A stretch of DNA of 64,000 bases from Spirochaetia bacterium (GCA_965203055.1 OZ241863.1:1184001-1248000); one strand, 5' to 3'; shown: positions 29,743 to 38,741, numbered from the stretch's first letter. Translations and numbers: made by a program. The notes: a model not told the origin generated them from the sequence alone.

Positions 29743-31554
29743 TCACCAGCGCCGCGCCGGACCGTCGTCGGCCGGGACCTCTGCGCCGGCCGGGACCTCT
29801 GCGCCACGCACCTCTGAGTCGTGCACCAGCTCCCAGCCGCGGAACACCAGCGCCAGCCCCTTGAACGCCGCCTCCGGGTGCCGGCGCGCCAGCCGGCGGT
29901 CCGTCAGGTAGCGGCGCGCCTGCGCCTCCGCCGCGGCGGCCTGCGCCGCTACCTGCGCCTGCGCCGCGCTGCGGGGCAGGTACTTCAGCTCGATCACGTA
30001 GCCGTAGCGCATGCCCGGATAGGGCAGCGCGCGCGGTTCCAGCACCAGGTCGGCGTAGCCCTTGGCCAACTCCAGCTCGGTGTGCAGCACGAAGTAGGGG
30101 GAGATGCTCAGGTAGGCGGCCACGAAGCCCTGCAGCATCTTCTCGCCCTGCAGGTAGTCGCGCACGCCGGTCTGCTCGGCTACCGCCGCGCTCAGCCGCT
30201 CCAGTGCCGGGCGCCACTCGCCCTGCAGCGCCATGCGCCGCGTCAGCCGGTCGAACGTCACCAGATCGAGCGAGAACACGCCCACGTCGCGGTAGGCGTC
30301 GCGCAGGTAGCCGTACAGCAGCCGCCGCACCGTCTGGTTGGGGATGCCGAGCCGCGGCGTTTCGACCGTCGCGCCGCGGATGCTCAGCAGGCCGAAGTAG
30401 TGGAGCAGCGACAGGAAGTTCTCCCGCTCGGCGAGGCGCTCCAGCGGGAAGCTGTCTACGATCTCGCAGTCGGCGCGCCCTTCGGCGATCACCTCGCGCA
30501 GCAGGTCGAAGTTGCCGTTGAGCCGGCGGCCGACGGTGAGCAGGTGGCGCAGCTTGCCGTAGTCGATGCGCACGTTGGCGTCGATCAGGTTGTCGGGACC
30601 GGGCTTGTTGGGAAGTGAGTACGACAGGTAGTAGAGCACCATGTCGGTGTTGTAGACGACGTTGGGTGCGGTCTTGGCGAAGCGGTAGCCGTCGTACCAC
30701 TCGCGCATCGTGTCGAGGGCGGCGTCGGGGTCCTGGTCGAAGACGCCGAGGTCGCGGTAGGTCGAGAGCATGTCCCGCACTTCCGCTTCGGTAAAGCCGA
30801 GCAGTTCGTTGAACTCGGGGCGGAGGCTGAGGTTGGCGCCGATGTTGAAGCCGCTGGTGACGTCGTCCATGACGATCGGGGAGACGCCGGTGACGAACAG
30901 CCGCGCAACGCTGCCGTTCTCGGTGCCGGCCTTGAGCGCGGCGAAGAAGTTGCGGTAGAAGCCGCCGCCGTGGGTGAGGGCGTGATAGGCGTCCGCCCCC
31001 TGATGCGCCAGGATGGTATTGGCGAAGTTGTCGTACTCGTCGATCAGCACGTAGAGCGGGATGCCGCGGTCGCTGGCGTACTGGAACAGCTCGTCCAACT
31101 GGCCGGTGATCGATCGCCGGCCGAGGATGACGCGGGCCGTCTCCTCGTCGATCAGATCGCAGTTGCGGCGCAGCGCGTGTCGCAGATGGCTGGTGCAGTA
31201 CTCCTCGAACTCGCGCTCCAGCGTCTCCGGGGCGTCGTTGAAGGCGGAGAAGTTGAACCGCAGCACGACGTAGCGGCTGCGGTTGGGAGTGGGATCGCGG
31301 CCGATGTCGGTGCCGGCGAACACCGCCGCGAAGTCGTCGGCCTCGGTGCGGGAATAGTAGCTTTCCAGCAGCGACAGCCAGCAGGTCTTGCCGAAGCGCC
31401 GCGGGCGGATGAAGAACATGAACCGCTCCTGTTCCAGGGCGTGCAGGAAGCGTGTCTTGTCGACATACAGGCAACCCTCCCGGCGGATACCCTTGAAGTA
31501 GGCCAGCCCGTAGGGGATCGCCGGGAACGGCGCGGGATCACGGGGAGTGGTCAT
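29743..31554 (-). CDS. AAA-ATPase-like plus PD-(D/E)xK nuclease protein, copy 2
   Basis: Same motifs; start 'MTTPRDPAPFPAIPYG' overlapping the stop of copy 3 (TGATG). Confidence 0.9.
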   Translation of the reverse strand: MTTPRDPAPFPAIPYGLAYFKGIRREGCLYVDKTRFLHALEQERFMFFIRPRRFGKTCWLSLLESYYSRTEADDFAAVFAGTDIGRDPTPNRSRYVVLRFNFSAFNDAPETLEREFEEYCTSHLRHALRRNCDLIDEETARVILGRRSITGQLDELFQYASDRGIPLYVLIDEYDNFANTILAHQGADAYHALTHGGGFYRNFFAALKAGTENGSVARLFVTGVSPIVMDDVTSGFNIGANLSLRPEFNELLGFTEAEVRDMLSTYRDLGVFDQDPDAALDTMREWYDGYRFAKTAPNVVYNTDMVLYYLSYSLPNKPGPDNLIDANVRIDYGKLRHLLTVGRRLNGNFDLLREVIAEGRADCEIVDSFPLERLAERENFLSLLHYFGLLSIRGATVETPRLGIPNQTVRRLLYGYLRDAYRDVGVFSLDLVTFDRLTRRMALQGEWRPALERLSAAVAEQTGVRDYLQGEKMLQGFVAAYLSISPYFVLHTELELAKGYADLVLEPRALPYPGMRYGYVIELKYLPRSAAQAQVAAQAAAAEAQARRYLTDRRLARRHPEAAFKGLALVFRGWELVHDSEVRGAEVPAGAEVPADDGPARRW

Positions 31555-32528
31555 CACACGCGCCGCGCCGGACCGTCGTCGGCCGGGACCTCTGCGCCGG
31601 CCGGGACCTCTGCGCCACGCACCTCTGAGTCGTGCACCAGCTCCCAGCCGCGGAACACCAGCGCCAGCCCCTTGAACGCCGCCTCCGGGTGCCGGCGCGC
31701 CAGCCGGCGGTCCGTCAGGTAGCGGCGCGCCTGCGCCTCCGCCGCGGCGGCCTGCGCCGCTACCTGCGCCTGCGCCGCGCTGCGGGGCAGGTACTTCAGC
31801 TCGATCACGTAGCCGTAGCGCATGCCCGGATAGGGCAGCGCGCGCGGTTCCAGCACCAGGTCGGCGTAGCCCTTGGCCAACTCCAGCTCGGTGTGCAGCA
31901 CGAAGTAGGGGGAGATGCTCAGGTAGGCGGCCACGAAGCCCTGCAGCATCTTCTCGCCCTGCAGGTAGTCGCGCACGCCGGTCTGCTCGGCTACCGCCGC
32001 GCTCAGCCGCTCCAGTGCCGGGCGCCACTCGCCCTGCAGCGCCATGCGCCGCGTCAGCCGGTCGAACGTCACCAGATCGAGCGAGAACACGCCCACGTCG
32101 CGGTAGGCGTCGCGCAGGTAGCCGTACAGCAGCCGCCGCACCGTCTGGTTGGGGATGCCGAGCCGCGGCGTTTCGACCGTCGCGCCGCGGATGCTCAGCA
32201 GGCCGAAGTAGTGGAGCAGCGACAGGAAGTTCTCCCGCTCGGCGAGGCGCTCCAGCGGGAAGCTGTCTACGATCTCGCAGTCGGCGCGCCCTTCGGCGAT
32301 CACCTCGCGCAGCAGGTCGAAGTTGCCGTTGAGCCGGCGGCCGACGGTGAGCAGGTGGCGCAGCTTGCCGTAGTCGATGCGCACGTTGGCGTCGATCAGG
32401 TTGTCGGGACCGGGCTTGTTGGGAAGTGAGTACGACAGGTAGTAGAGCACCATGTCGGTGTTGTAGACGACGTTGGGTGCGGTCTTGGCGAAGCGGTAGC
32501 CGTCGTACCACTCGCGCATCGTGTCGAG
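29749..32528. repeat. ~970-bp direct repeat (29749-30717 and 31560-32528)
   Basis: 3' halves of AAA copies 2 and 3 read identical at offset 1811; the ORF track shows duplicated identical shadow ORFs. Confidence 0.9.
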
Positions 32529-33383
32529 CGCGGTCTCCGGGTCCTGGTCGAAGACGCCGAGGCCGCGGTAGGTCGAAAGCATGTGCTTCACTTCGGTTTC
32601 GGTGAAGCCGAGCAGTTCGTTGAACTCGGGGCGCAGGCTGAGGTTGGCGCCGATGTTGAAGCCGCTGGTGACGTCGTCCATGGTGACCGGGGAGACGCCG
32701 GTGACGAACAGGCGCTCGATGCAGCCGGACTCGGCGGTGCCGGCCTTGAGCATGGCGAAGAAGTTGCGGTAGAAGCCGCCGCCGCGGGTGAAGGAGTGGT
32801 AGGCTTCGGCGCCCTGTTCGGCGAGGATGGTATTGGCGAAGTTGTCGTACTCGTCGATCAGCACGTAGAGCGGGATGCCGCGGTCGCTCGCATGCAGGAG
32901 CAGTTCGTCGAGTTGGCCGCTGAACGACCGCTGCCCGAGGATGACGCGCGCCGTCTCCTCGTCGATCAGGTCGCGGTTGCGGCGTAGCGCGTGCCGCAGA
33001 TGACGGCTGCAGTACTCGTCGAAGTACTCCTCCAACGTGGGCAGCGCCTGCTTGAAGGCCGAGAAGTCGAAGTAGAGCACCACGTAGCGGCTCCGGTTGG
33101 CGGTCGGCCGGCGGCCGATGTCGGTGCCGGCGAAGACGGCGTCATAGTCCTTGGCCTGGGAGCGGTTGTAGTAGGCGTTGAGCATGGTCAGCCACAGAGT
33201 CTTGCCGAAGCGCCGCGGGCGGATGAAGAACGCATAGCGCTCCTGCTCCAGGGCGCGGATGAAGCGGGTCTTGTCTACGTAGAGGCAGCGGTCGAGGCGG
33301 ATGCTGCGGAAGTTGCCGCGCCCGTAGGGGATCGCCGGGAACGGCGCGGGATCAGCAGGCAGAACGGGCGCGGACACGCGCAC
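31554..33383 (-). CDS. AAA-ATPase-like plus PD-(D/E)xK nuclease protein, copy 3
   Basis: Same motifs; alternative GTG start at 33377 fits a leaderless transcript. Confidence 0.9.
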   Translation of the reverse strand: MRVSAPVLPADPAPFPAIPYGRGNFRSIRLDRCLYVDKTRFIRALEQERYAFFIRPRRFGKTLWLTMLNAYYNRSQAKDYDAVFAGTDIGRRPTANRSRYVVLYFDFSAFKQALPTLEEYFDEYCSRHLRHALRRNRDLIDEETARVILGQRSFSGQLDELLLHASDRGIPLYVLIDEYDNFANTILAEQGAEAYHSFTRGGGFYRNFFAMLKAGTAESGCIERLFVTGVSPVTMDDVTSGFNIGANLSLRPEFNELLGFTETEVKHMLSTYRGLGVFDQDPETALDTMREWYDGYRFAKTAPNVVYNTDMVLYYLSYSLPNKPGPDNLIDANVRIDYGKLRHLLTVGRRLNGNFDLLREVIAEGRADCEIVDSFPLERLAERENFLSLLHYFGLLSIRGATVETPRLGIPNQTVRRLLYGYLRDAYRDVGVFSLDLVTFDRLTRRMALQGEWRPALERLSAAVAEQTGVRDYLQGEKMLQGFVAAYLSISPYFVLHTELELAKGYADLVLEPRALPYPGMRYGYVIELKYLPRSAAQAQVAAQAAAAEAQARRYLTDRRLARRHPEAAFKGLALVFRGWELVHDSEVRGAEVPAGAEVPADDGPARRV

Positions 33384-33463
33384 ACTCTATCACAGGCGCG
33401 CCTGTCCTCGGCCGGCAGCCCGGCGGCGCCGGCAATGTCAAAGGGGAGGGTGAGGGGCGATCG

Positions 33464-35677
33464 TCACTCTCCCGCTACCTGCACCCGAAGTCGCTTGCCG
33501 GACAGCGTCTGGCGCGCCCAAAACAGGTTTTGGCTCTGATCGTTGCCGCCGGTCGCCAGGGTTGCGGTGCCGGTCGCGGTGGTGCCGCCGGCCGGCGCCG
33601 CCGAAAAGGTCACGGTGGGCGCCGACGCGTAGCCGTCCCCCCGGTTCGTGACCCGCACCGACCGTACCCGGTAGTCCATGACCGCGCTGCCGGCGGCCGT
33701 GGTACCGCCGGACGGCGCGGCCGAAAAGGAGACGGTGGGCGCCGCCGTATAGCCGTCCCCGGCGCTCGTGACCGACGCCGATCCTACCGCGTAGCTCATG
33801 ACCGCGCTGCCGTCTGCCCCGGAGCCGCCGCCGCCCGAAAAGGTGACGGTGGGGGCGGAGGTATAGCCGCTCCCACCGTCCGTGATCGACACCTCTCCTA
33901 CCCCGTATGCCATGACCGCGGTGCCGGCGGCCGTGGTGCCGGACGCCGGCGCCGAAAAGGAGACGGTGGGGGCGGAGGTGTAGCCGCTCCCCGGGTTCGT
34001 GATCGTCACCAACGACCCTACCCCGTATGCCAACGCCGCGGTGCCGCCTGCCCCGGAGCCGCCGCCGCCGGAAAAGGCGACGGTAGGGGCCGACGTATAG
34101 CCGTTCCCTCCGTTCGTGACGTCGACTGTTTGAACTCTGGCTTCCAGCGATGCCGTGCCGGCTGCCCCGGAACCGCCGCCGCCGGAGAAGGAGACGGTGG
34201 GCGCCGACGTGTAGCCGCTCCCGCGGTTCGTGAAATCGACTCCTTGAATGTTGGTGTACAGCGTCGCAGTGACGGTTGCCCCGCTGCCGCCGCCGCCCGA
34301 AATGGTAACGCTGGGGGCCGACGTGTAGCCGCGTCCCCGGGTCCATATCAACACGCGGGAGAACGTGAGGTCGCCAAGCCTCTGACCCGCGCCGGTGGCC
34401 CTGGTGCCGCCGGACGGCGGCGCCGAAAACGTCACCGTCGGGGTCGACGTGTAGCCGCTCCCGGCGTTCGTGACCGTCGTCTCAGCGACGGCGTCGGGCC
34501 CCCACGCGGTGCCGGTGGCCGTGGTGCCGCCGGACGGCGCTGCCGAGAAGGTCACGCTGGGGACCGAGGTGTAGCTGCTGCCGTTGTTCGTCATCGACAC
34601 CGCAGCGACGCTCCCGGGGCCCTGCGCGGTGGCGGTTGCCCCGCTGCCGCCGCCGCCCGAAAAGGACACGGTGGGGGGAGACGAGTAGCCGCTGCCGAAG
34701 GTGTGGACCGACACCGAATCGACGCGCCCGTCTCTCGTCGCGGTGGCGGCAGCCGTGGTGCCGCCGGACGGCGCCGCCGAGAAGGTCACGGTGGGAGCCG
34801 AGGAGTAGCCGCTGCCGGGGGTGGTGACCGATACCGAAGCGACGCTCCCGCTGCGCACCGAGGTGGCGGTAGCCGTGGTGCCGCCGGCCGGAGCTGCCGA
34901 GAAGGCCACGCTGGGGGCCGAGGAGTAGCCGCTGCCGGGGGTGGTGACGTCCACCGAAGCGACGCTCCCGCTGGCGTCTGCGGTGGCGGCAGCCGTGGTG
35001 CCGCCGGCCGGCGCCGCCGAAAAGGTCACGGTCGGGATCGAGGAGTAGCCGCTGCCGGGGGTCGAAACCGACACGGAATCGACGCGCCCGCTTGCCACGG
35101 CGTCGCCGGTGGCCGTGGTACCGCCGGCCGGCGCTGCCGAGAATGAGATGGTAGGGGGCGAGGTGTAGCCGCTGCCCGGGTTCGTAATCCTGACCGACTC
35201 GACGAAGTCGGTGTCTCCCGACTGATCCGGGGCGGTGAGCACGAGCACGATCGAGCCCGCGCTCACTTCGGCGGCAACCGTCCATTCCGCGCCGCTGATG
35301 TCGTCCTCGAAGACCGGCGCGGTCGCCTTGCTCGTGAACGGCAGCCCGTGGCCGCCGATCGACACGGTCACCTTCTCGCCCTCGGCGCCGGTGATCCCGT
35401 CCCAGCCAAACGGCGCGGAGCGGATCGTCGTGGCGCCCAGGTTCGCCTCGTCATCGAAGGCATCCTCCCCGATGGACCAAGTCTGCTCGGCCTGCTGCGG
35501 CGCCGGCGCGGTCGGTGTCCCGTCGCCGCCGGTCCCTCCGTTCCCTGCGCCCGCACCGCCCGCGCCGGTCGTTGCCGCCGGCCGGGCCGCCTGCTCGCAC
35601 GCCAGCAGGACGATGCCGGCGGCCATCAACAGCGATAGCATGAATGCCGTGCTCGACTTACCCATCATGATCTTCAT
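33464..35677 (-). CDS. Surface lipoprotein with 14 tandem 'GSGYTSAPTVxFS' repeats
   Basis: Signal ending 'VLLAC', Gly/Thr tether, 14 repeats of about 37-40 aa. Confidence 0.8.
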   Translation of the reverse strand: MKIMMGKSSTAFMLSLLMAAGIVLLACEQAARPAATTGAGGAGAGNGGTGGDGTPTAPAPQQAEQTWSIGEDAFDDEANLGATTIRSAPFGWDGITGAEGEKVTVSIGGHGLPFTSKATAPVFEDDISGAEWTVAAEVSAGSIVLVLTAPDQSGDTDFVESVRITNPGSGYTSPPTISFSAAPAGGTTATGDAVASGRVDSVSVSTPGSGYSSIPTVTFSAAPAGGTTAAATADASGSVASVDVTTPGSGYSSAPSVAFSAAPAGGTTATATSVRSGSVASVSVTTPGSGYSSAPTVTFSAAPSGGTTAAATATRDGRVDSVSVHTFGSGYSSPPTVSFSGGGGSGATATAQGPGSVAAVSMTNNGSSYTSVPSVTFSAAPSGGTTATGTAWGPDAVAETTVTNAGSGYTSTPTVTFSAPPSGGTRATGAGQRLGDLTFSRVLIWTRGRGYTSAPSVTISGGGGSGATVTATLYTNIQGVDFTNRGSGYTSAPTVSFSGGGGSGAAGTASLEARVQTVDVTNGGNGYTSAPTVAFSGGGGSGAGGTAALAYGVGSLVTITNPGSGYTSAPTVSFSAPASGTTAAGTAVMAYGVGEVSITDGGSGYTSAPTVTFSGGGGSGADGSAVMSYAVGSASVTSAGDGYTAAPTVSFSAAPSGGTTAAGSAVMDYRVRSVRVTNRGDGYASAPTVTFSAAPAGGTTATGTATLATGGNDQSQNLFWARQTLSGKRLRVQVAGE

Positions 35678-35859
35678 CTTCCTCCGGTGGCCGTGTCCGT
35701 CCGCCATTACGCGCGTCGGCTGGGTCGGCTTGCCGCAGCGATTGTCCATGCGCCTATGGCGCGCGCTCCTCTTGCGGACCATTCGCCCAATCTCTGCCGG
35801 TCGGAGCTGGCCGGTCGCACTCGTCGCTCAGGACGTAGACTTGGATGCCGCCGTTTGCC

Positions 35860-35877
35860 GGGGGGGGGGGGGGGGGG
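35860..35877. repeat. Poly-G(18) homopolymer upstream of the repeat lipoprotein
   Basis: Run of 18 G counted directly. Confidence 0.9.
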
Positions 35878-35976
35878 ATCGTAGCGGCGCAGACACTCCA
35901 ACCACTCTATCACACGCGCCTGCGGAGCGTCCAACGCCCACCACTCCGGGGGCGCACTTCCAAAACGTAGGTAGCG

Positions 35977-37380
35977 TCAGGCGGCCTGTGGCTGGGCCTC
36001 CTGCGGCACCGAGGCGGACAGCAGGCTCGCGTAGTCCCTTTTGAACCGCCCGCTCTTCACCGAGGTGCAGAGCTGCAGCATCCCCTGCGCCCCTCCCAAC
36101 GACCAGATCATCCCGCTCCCCTTCAGCCGCGCCCCCACCATGTTCTTGCACGTACTCTCCACCGCCCCACTGCCGATCGGCAGCCCCTCCCGCCGGTACC
36201 GCCGGTAGTCCATCCGTCCCTGGTTGCTCTTCAAGTAGTTGATCTCCCCCTGCACCTCGTGCCGCTGCCGGGCACTCAACCCCCCGCCGTCGCGCAACTC
36301 CTCCAGCTCCTCTATCACTTCCCCCGCCCGACTGCCGCGCAGCATCGTCCGCCACCTCCGAAAGCATTCCTCTGCCTGCTTGCTCCTCTCCCCGTAGACG
36401 CTCCGACTCGCCTCCGCGAGATGCTCGCAGGCGTGCCAGAAATCCAGGATGTACCACACCCGCAGCCCCCCTGCCGCCCAGGTCTCCGCCCGATCCCAAA
36501 TCCATCCCGCCCCGTCGGCCAGCACTACCAGTTGCCGCGCCGCCCCCTCGCCGCAGCGCCGTTTCAGCTCCACTTCGATGCGCGGGAAGAACTGGTCGGC
36601 ATGCTCGCTCGCCGCCACGTAGCTCGGCTTGCTGCTGCACTGCGCCTCCTGCTCCTCAGCGTCCCACTCCACCGCCGCCACCACCGCCACCTTGGCGTCC
36701 CGGTACTCCCGCTCGTAGCGCTTCTTCCCGGCATCATCTACCCGCTCCTTGCCGCGCACCGGCACCTTCCCCGCGTCGATGCATACCGCCACCGTCCCGC
36801 CAATCGGCTCGTGCAGCTCCGGCCCCGCCGCAGTCTGCTGGTAGTTGTCCACCTCCTGCTGGCGCTGCCGTTCCAACCCCTCCGTTACCTCCTGCACCAT
36901 CGTGAACGCCTTCTTCTCCGACACCAGCTCCCCGCCGTCGGCGCGGAACACCTCGTGAAACTGCCGCAGACTCTCTGCGTGCGCCTGGCGCGCTACGAAC
37001 TGACTCAGAAAGTACTGGCAGCCCGGCGTATGGCCGCGCTTGATGCCGAGCCGCTCATCCAACGGCGCCCAGCCCTGGCCGCTACCGCTGGCGTAGTAGG
37101 CCCGTTCGTAGGGTACCGTCCCGAACAGTCCGTGCAGGGTCTTGGAGCGGTGGCCGACAAACCGATACGACACCCCGTTGCGCTGGACCGTGGCGCCGCG
37201 GTAATCGCGGCCCAGTTCCTTGAACCACTCCACCATGGCGGCGCGGCACAGGCGCACCAAGCACTTGAGGAGACTCAGTTCTGCCCGCAACAGGTCGTGG
37301 GGACCGCTAGCGCGGCCCAGTTCGAGACCACAGGTGGCCTTGCAGTAGTTGAGAATCTCGGTTACCAATGAATCACACAT
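35977..37380 (-). CDS. ISKra4/UPF0236-type DDE transposase
   Basis: 'IDAGKVP', 'LADGAGWIW', 'LDFWHACEHL', 'PIGSGAVES'. Confidence 0.9.
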   Translation of the reverse strand: MCDSLVTEILNYCKATCGLELGRASGPHDLLRAELSLLKCLVRLCRAAMVEWFKELGRDYRGATVQRNGVSYRFVGHRSKTLHGLFGTVPYERAYYASGSGQGWAPLDERLGIKRGHTPGCQYFLSQFVARQAHAESLRQFHEVFRADGGELVSEKKAFTMVQEVTEGLERQRQQEVDNYQQTAAGPELHEPIGGTVAVCIDAGKVPVRGKERVDDAGKKRYEREYRDAKVAVVAAVEWDAEEQEAQCSSKPSYVAASEHADQFFPRIEVELKRRCGEGAARQLVVLADGAGWIWDRAETWAAGGLRVWYILDFWHACEHLAEASRSVYGERSKQAEECFRRWRTMLRGSRAGEVIEELEELRDGGGLSARQRHEVQGEINYLKSNQGRMDYRRYRREGLPIGSGAVESTCKNMVGARLKGSGMIWSLGGAQGMLQLCTSVKSGRFKRDYASLLSASVPQEAQPQAA

Positions 37381-37385
37381 ATGTT

Positions 37386-37433
37386 GCCCTCCCAGTGACG
37401 GCCTGATGTTACATCACCTGTCGCTGGGAGGGC
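37386..37433 (-). promoter_or_regulatory. Stem-loop covering the transposase ribosome-binding site
   Basis: GCCCTCCCAGTGAC...GTCGCTGGGAGGGC inverted repeat; one arm is the GGGAGGG just before the ATG. Confidence 0.65.
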
Positions 37434-37480
37434 TTCTCTATTTGGGCCTACCTACAAATTGGAAGTGCGCCCCCACTCCG

Positions 37481-37616
37481 GGGCGCACTTCCGGCTGCGC
37501 CGGCGCCTGAGCCGATACCCTTCGCCGCGGAAGGAGCGGCGCTGTCCGCGCTCGCCGAGCCGGGCCGCCTGCGTCTTCGGCGCCGAAGTTTGCTCGGCGC
37601 CTTTGGCCGGCGCGGC
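37481..37616 (-). pseudogene. Partial IS end plus ~120-bp remnant of the HNH-family gene
   Basis: GGGCGCACTTCC followed by sequence closely matching about 9734-9855 ('PAKGAEQTSAPKTQAA'). Confidence 0.75.
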
Positions 37617-37758
37617 TGCGGAACCGGATGCAGCGGGGCATCGAGCGGCGGGCAGCGGCGGGCAGCGGCGGGCAGCGGGCAGCCGCTCCCGGTGGCGCCG
37701 GGCGCGCACCGTGGGGTAGGGTAGCGGCGGGGAGGATGCGATGCGCGGACGGAATGAG

Positions 37759-38721
37759 ATGCGGATCGGGCTCGGCCAGTTCAGCGAGCTCACCGATGAG
37801 AAGCTGGCCTTCATCAAGCAGCTTGGCGCCGATGACTTTCTGATGAACACGCCCAGGCTGCCGGGTGAGCGGCGCTGGGAGTATGAGGACCTGCTGGCGC
37901 TCCGGCAGCGCGCCGATGCCGCGGAACTGCGCCTGATGTGTCTGGAAAACGTGCCGGTGAGCTTCTACGACAAGGCGATGCTCGGCCTGCCCGGGCGCGA
38001 TGAACAGATCGAACACATGCAGGCCACCATCCGCAACATGGGCCGGGCCGGCATCCCCATCCTCGGCTATCACTGGATGCCGAACCAGGTGTGGCGCTCA
38101 GCGGACTTGGCGCCGTTGCGCGGCGGCGCTCAGGCCACCCGTTTCGACCTGGCCGAGCATGCCGGCGCCCCGCTGACGCATGGCCGCGTGTTCGGCGAAG
38201 CGGAGATGTGGGACAACTACGAGTACTATCTGAGCCGCATCCTGCCGGTGGCGGAGGAGGCCGGCGTTACGCTGGCGCTTCATCCCGATGACCCGCCGGT
38301 AGCGTCGCTCGGCGGCGTGGCGCGCATCTTCCGCAACTTCGCCGGCTTCAAGCGCGCCATCGACACCTTCGACAGCCCCTGCCACGGCCTCGACTTCTGC
38401 ATGGGCTGCTGGTCGGAGATGGGACCGGCCGGGGTGCTCGACGCGGTGCGTCACTTCGGCGGCCGCGGGCGCATCGTGTACGTCCACTTCCGCGACGTGC
38501 AGGGCGCGGTGCCGCGCTTCAATGAGTGCTTCATCGATCAGGGCAACGTCGACACCTTCGCCGTGGTGCGGGCGCTGCGCGAGGTCGGCTTCGGCGGCTT
38601 CCTGATCACCGATCACGTGCCGCGCATGGTCGACGACACCGACTGGGGACACCGCGGGCGCGCCTACGCCATCGGCTACATCCGCGCGCTGATCGACGTC
38701 GCCCGCCGCGCCGCCGCGTAA
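37759..38721 (+). CDS. uxuA: Mannonate dehydratase family protein
   Basis: 'GIPILGYHWMP', 'LALHPDDPP', 'FCMGCW', 'VHFRDV', 'DHVP'. Confidence 0.85.
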   Translation: MRIGLGQFSELTDEKLAFIKQLGADDFLMNTPRLPGERRWEYEDLLALRQRADAAELRLMCLENVPVSFYDKAMLGLPGRDEQIEHMQATIRNMGRAGIPILGYHWMPNQVWRSADLAPLRGGAQATRFDLAEHAGAPLTHGRVFGEAEMWDNYEYYLSRILPVAEEAGVTLALHPDDPPVASLGGVARIFRNFAGFKRAIDTFDSPCHGLDFCMGCWSEMGPAGVLDAVRHFGGRGRIVYVHFRDVQGAVPRFNECFIDQGNVDTFAVVRALREVGFGGFLITDHVPRMVDDTDWGHRGRAYAIGYIRALIDVARRAAA

Positions 38722-38741
38722 GGGCAGGGCTGCCGGCGCGG

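Larger units (their letters stand above)
35950..37472 (-). mobile_element. Complete ISKra4-like insertion sequence (1523 bp)
   Basis: 25-bp TIRs GGGCGCACTTCCAAAACGTAGGTAG / GGGCGCACTTCCAATTTGTAGGTAG (3 mismatches); 9-bp direct repeats CCACTCCGG at 35941-35949 and 37473-37481. Confidence 0.9.

Noticed and set aside
29743..32511. 922-aa ORF in the track
   Set aside because: The N-terminal 300 aa is an alternate-frame reading of copy 3; the real gene starts at 31554
29749..32528. Duplicated region as a diversity-generating retroelement template/variable pair
   Set aside because: Copies appear identical over about 970 bp, with no adenine-specific differences and no reverse transcriptase in the window
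33540..35200. Regularly spaced repeats as a CRISPR array
   Set aside because: Repeats are degenerate, in-frame coding units of a lipoprotein, with no unique spacers and no cas genes
37644..37683. Short AGCGGCGGGC tandem repeat (and the 13-bp direct repeat near 394-420)
   Set aside because: Low-complexity GC repeats with no supporting context
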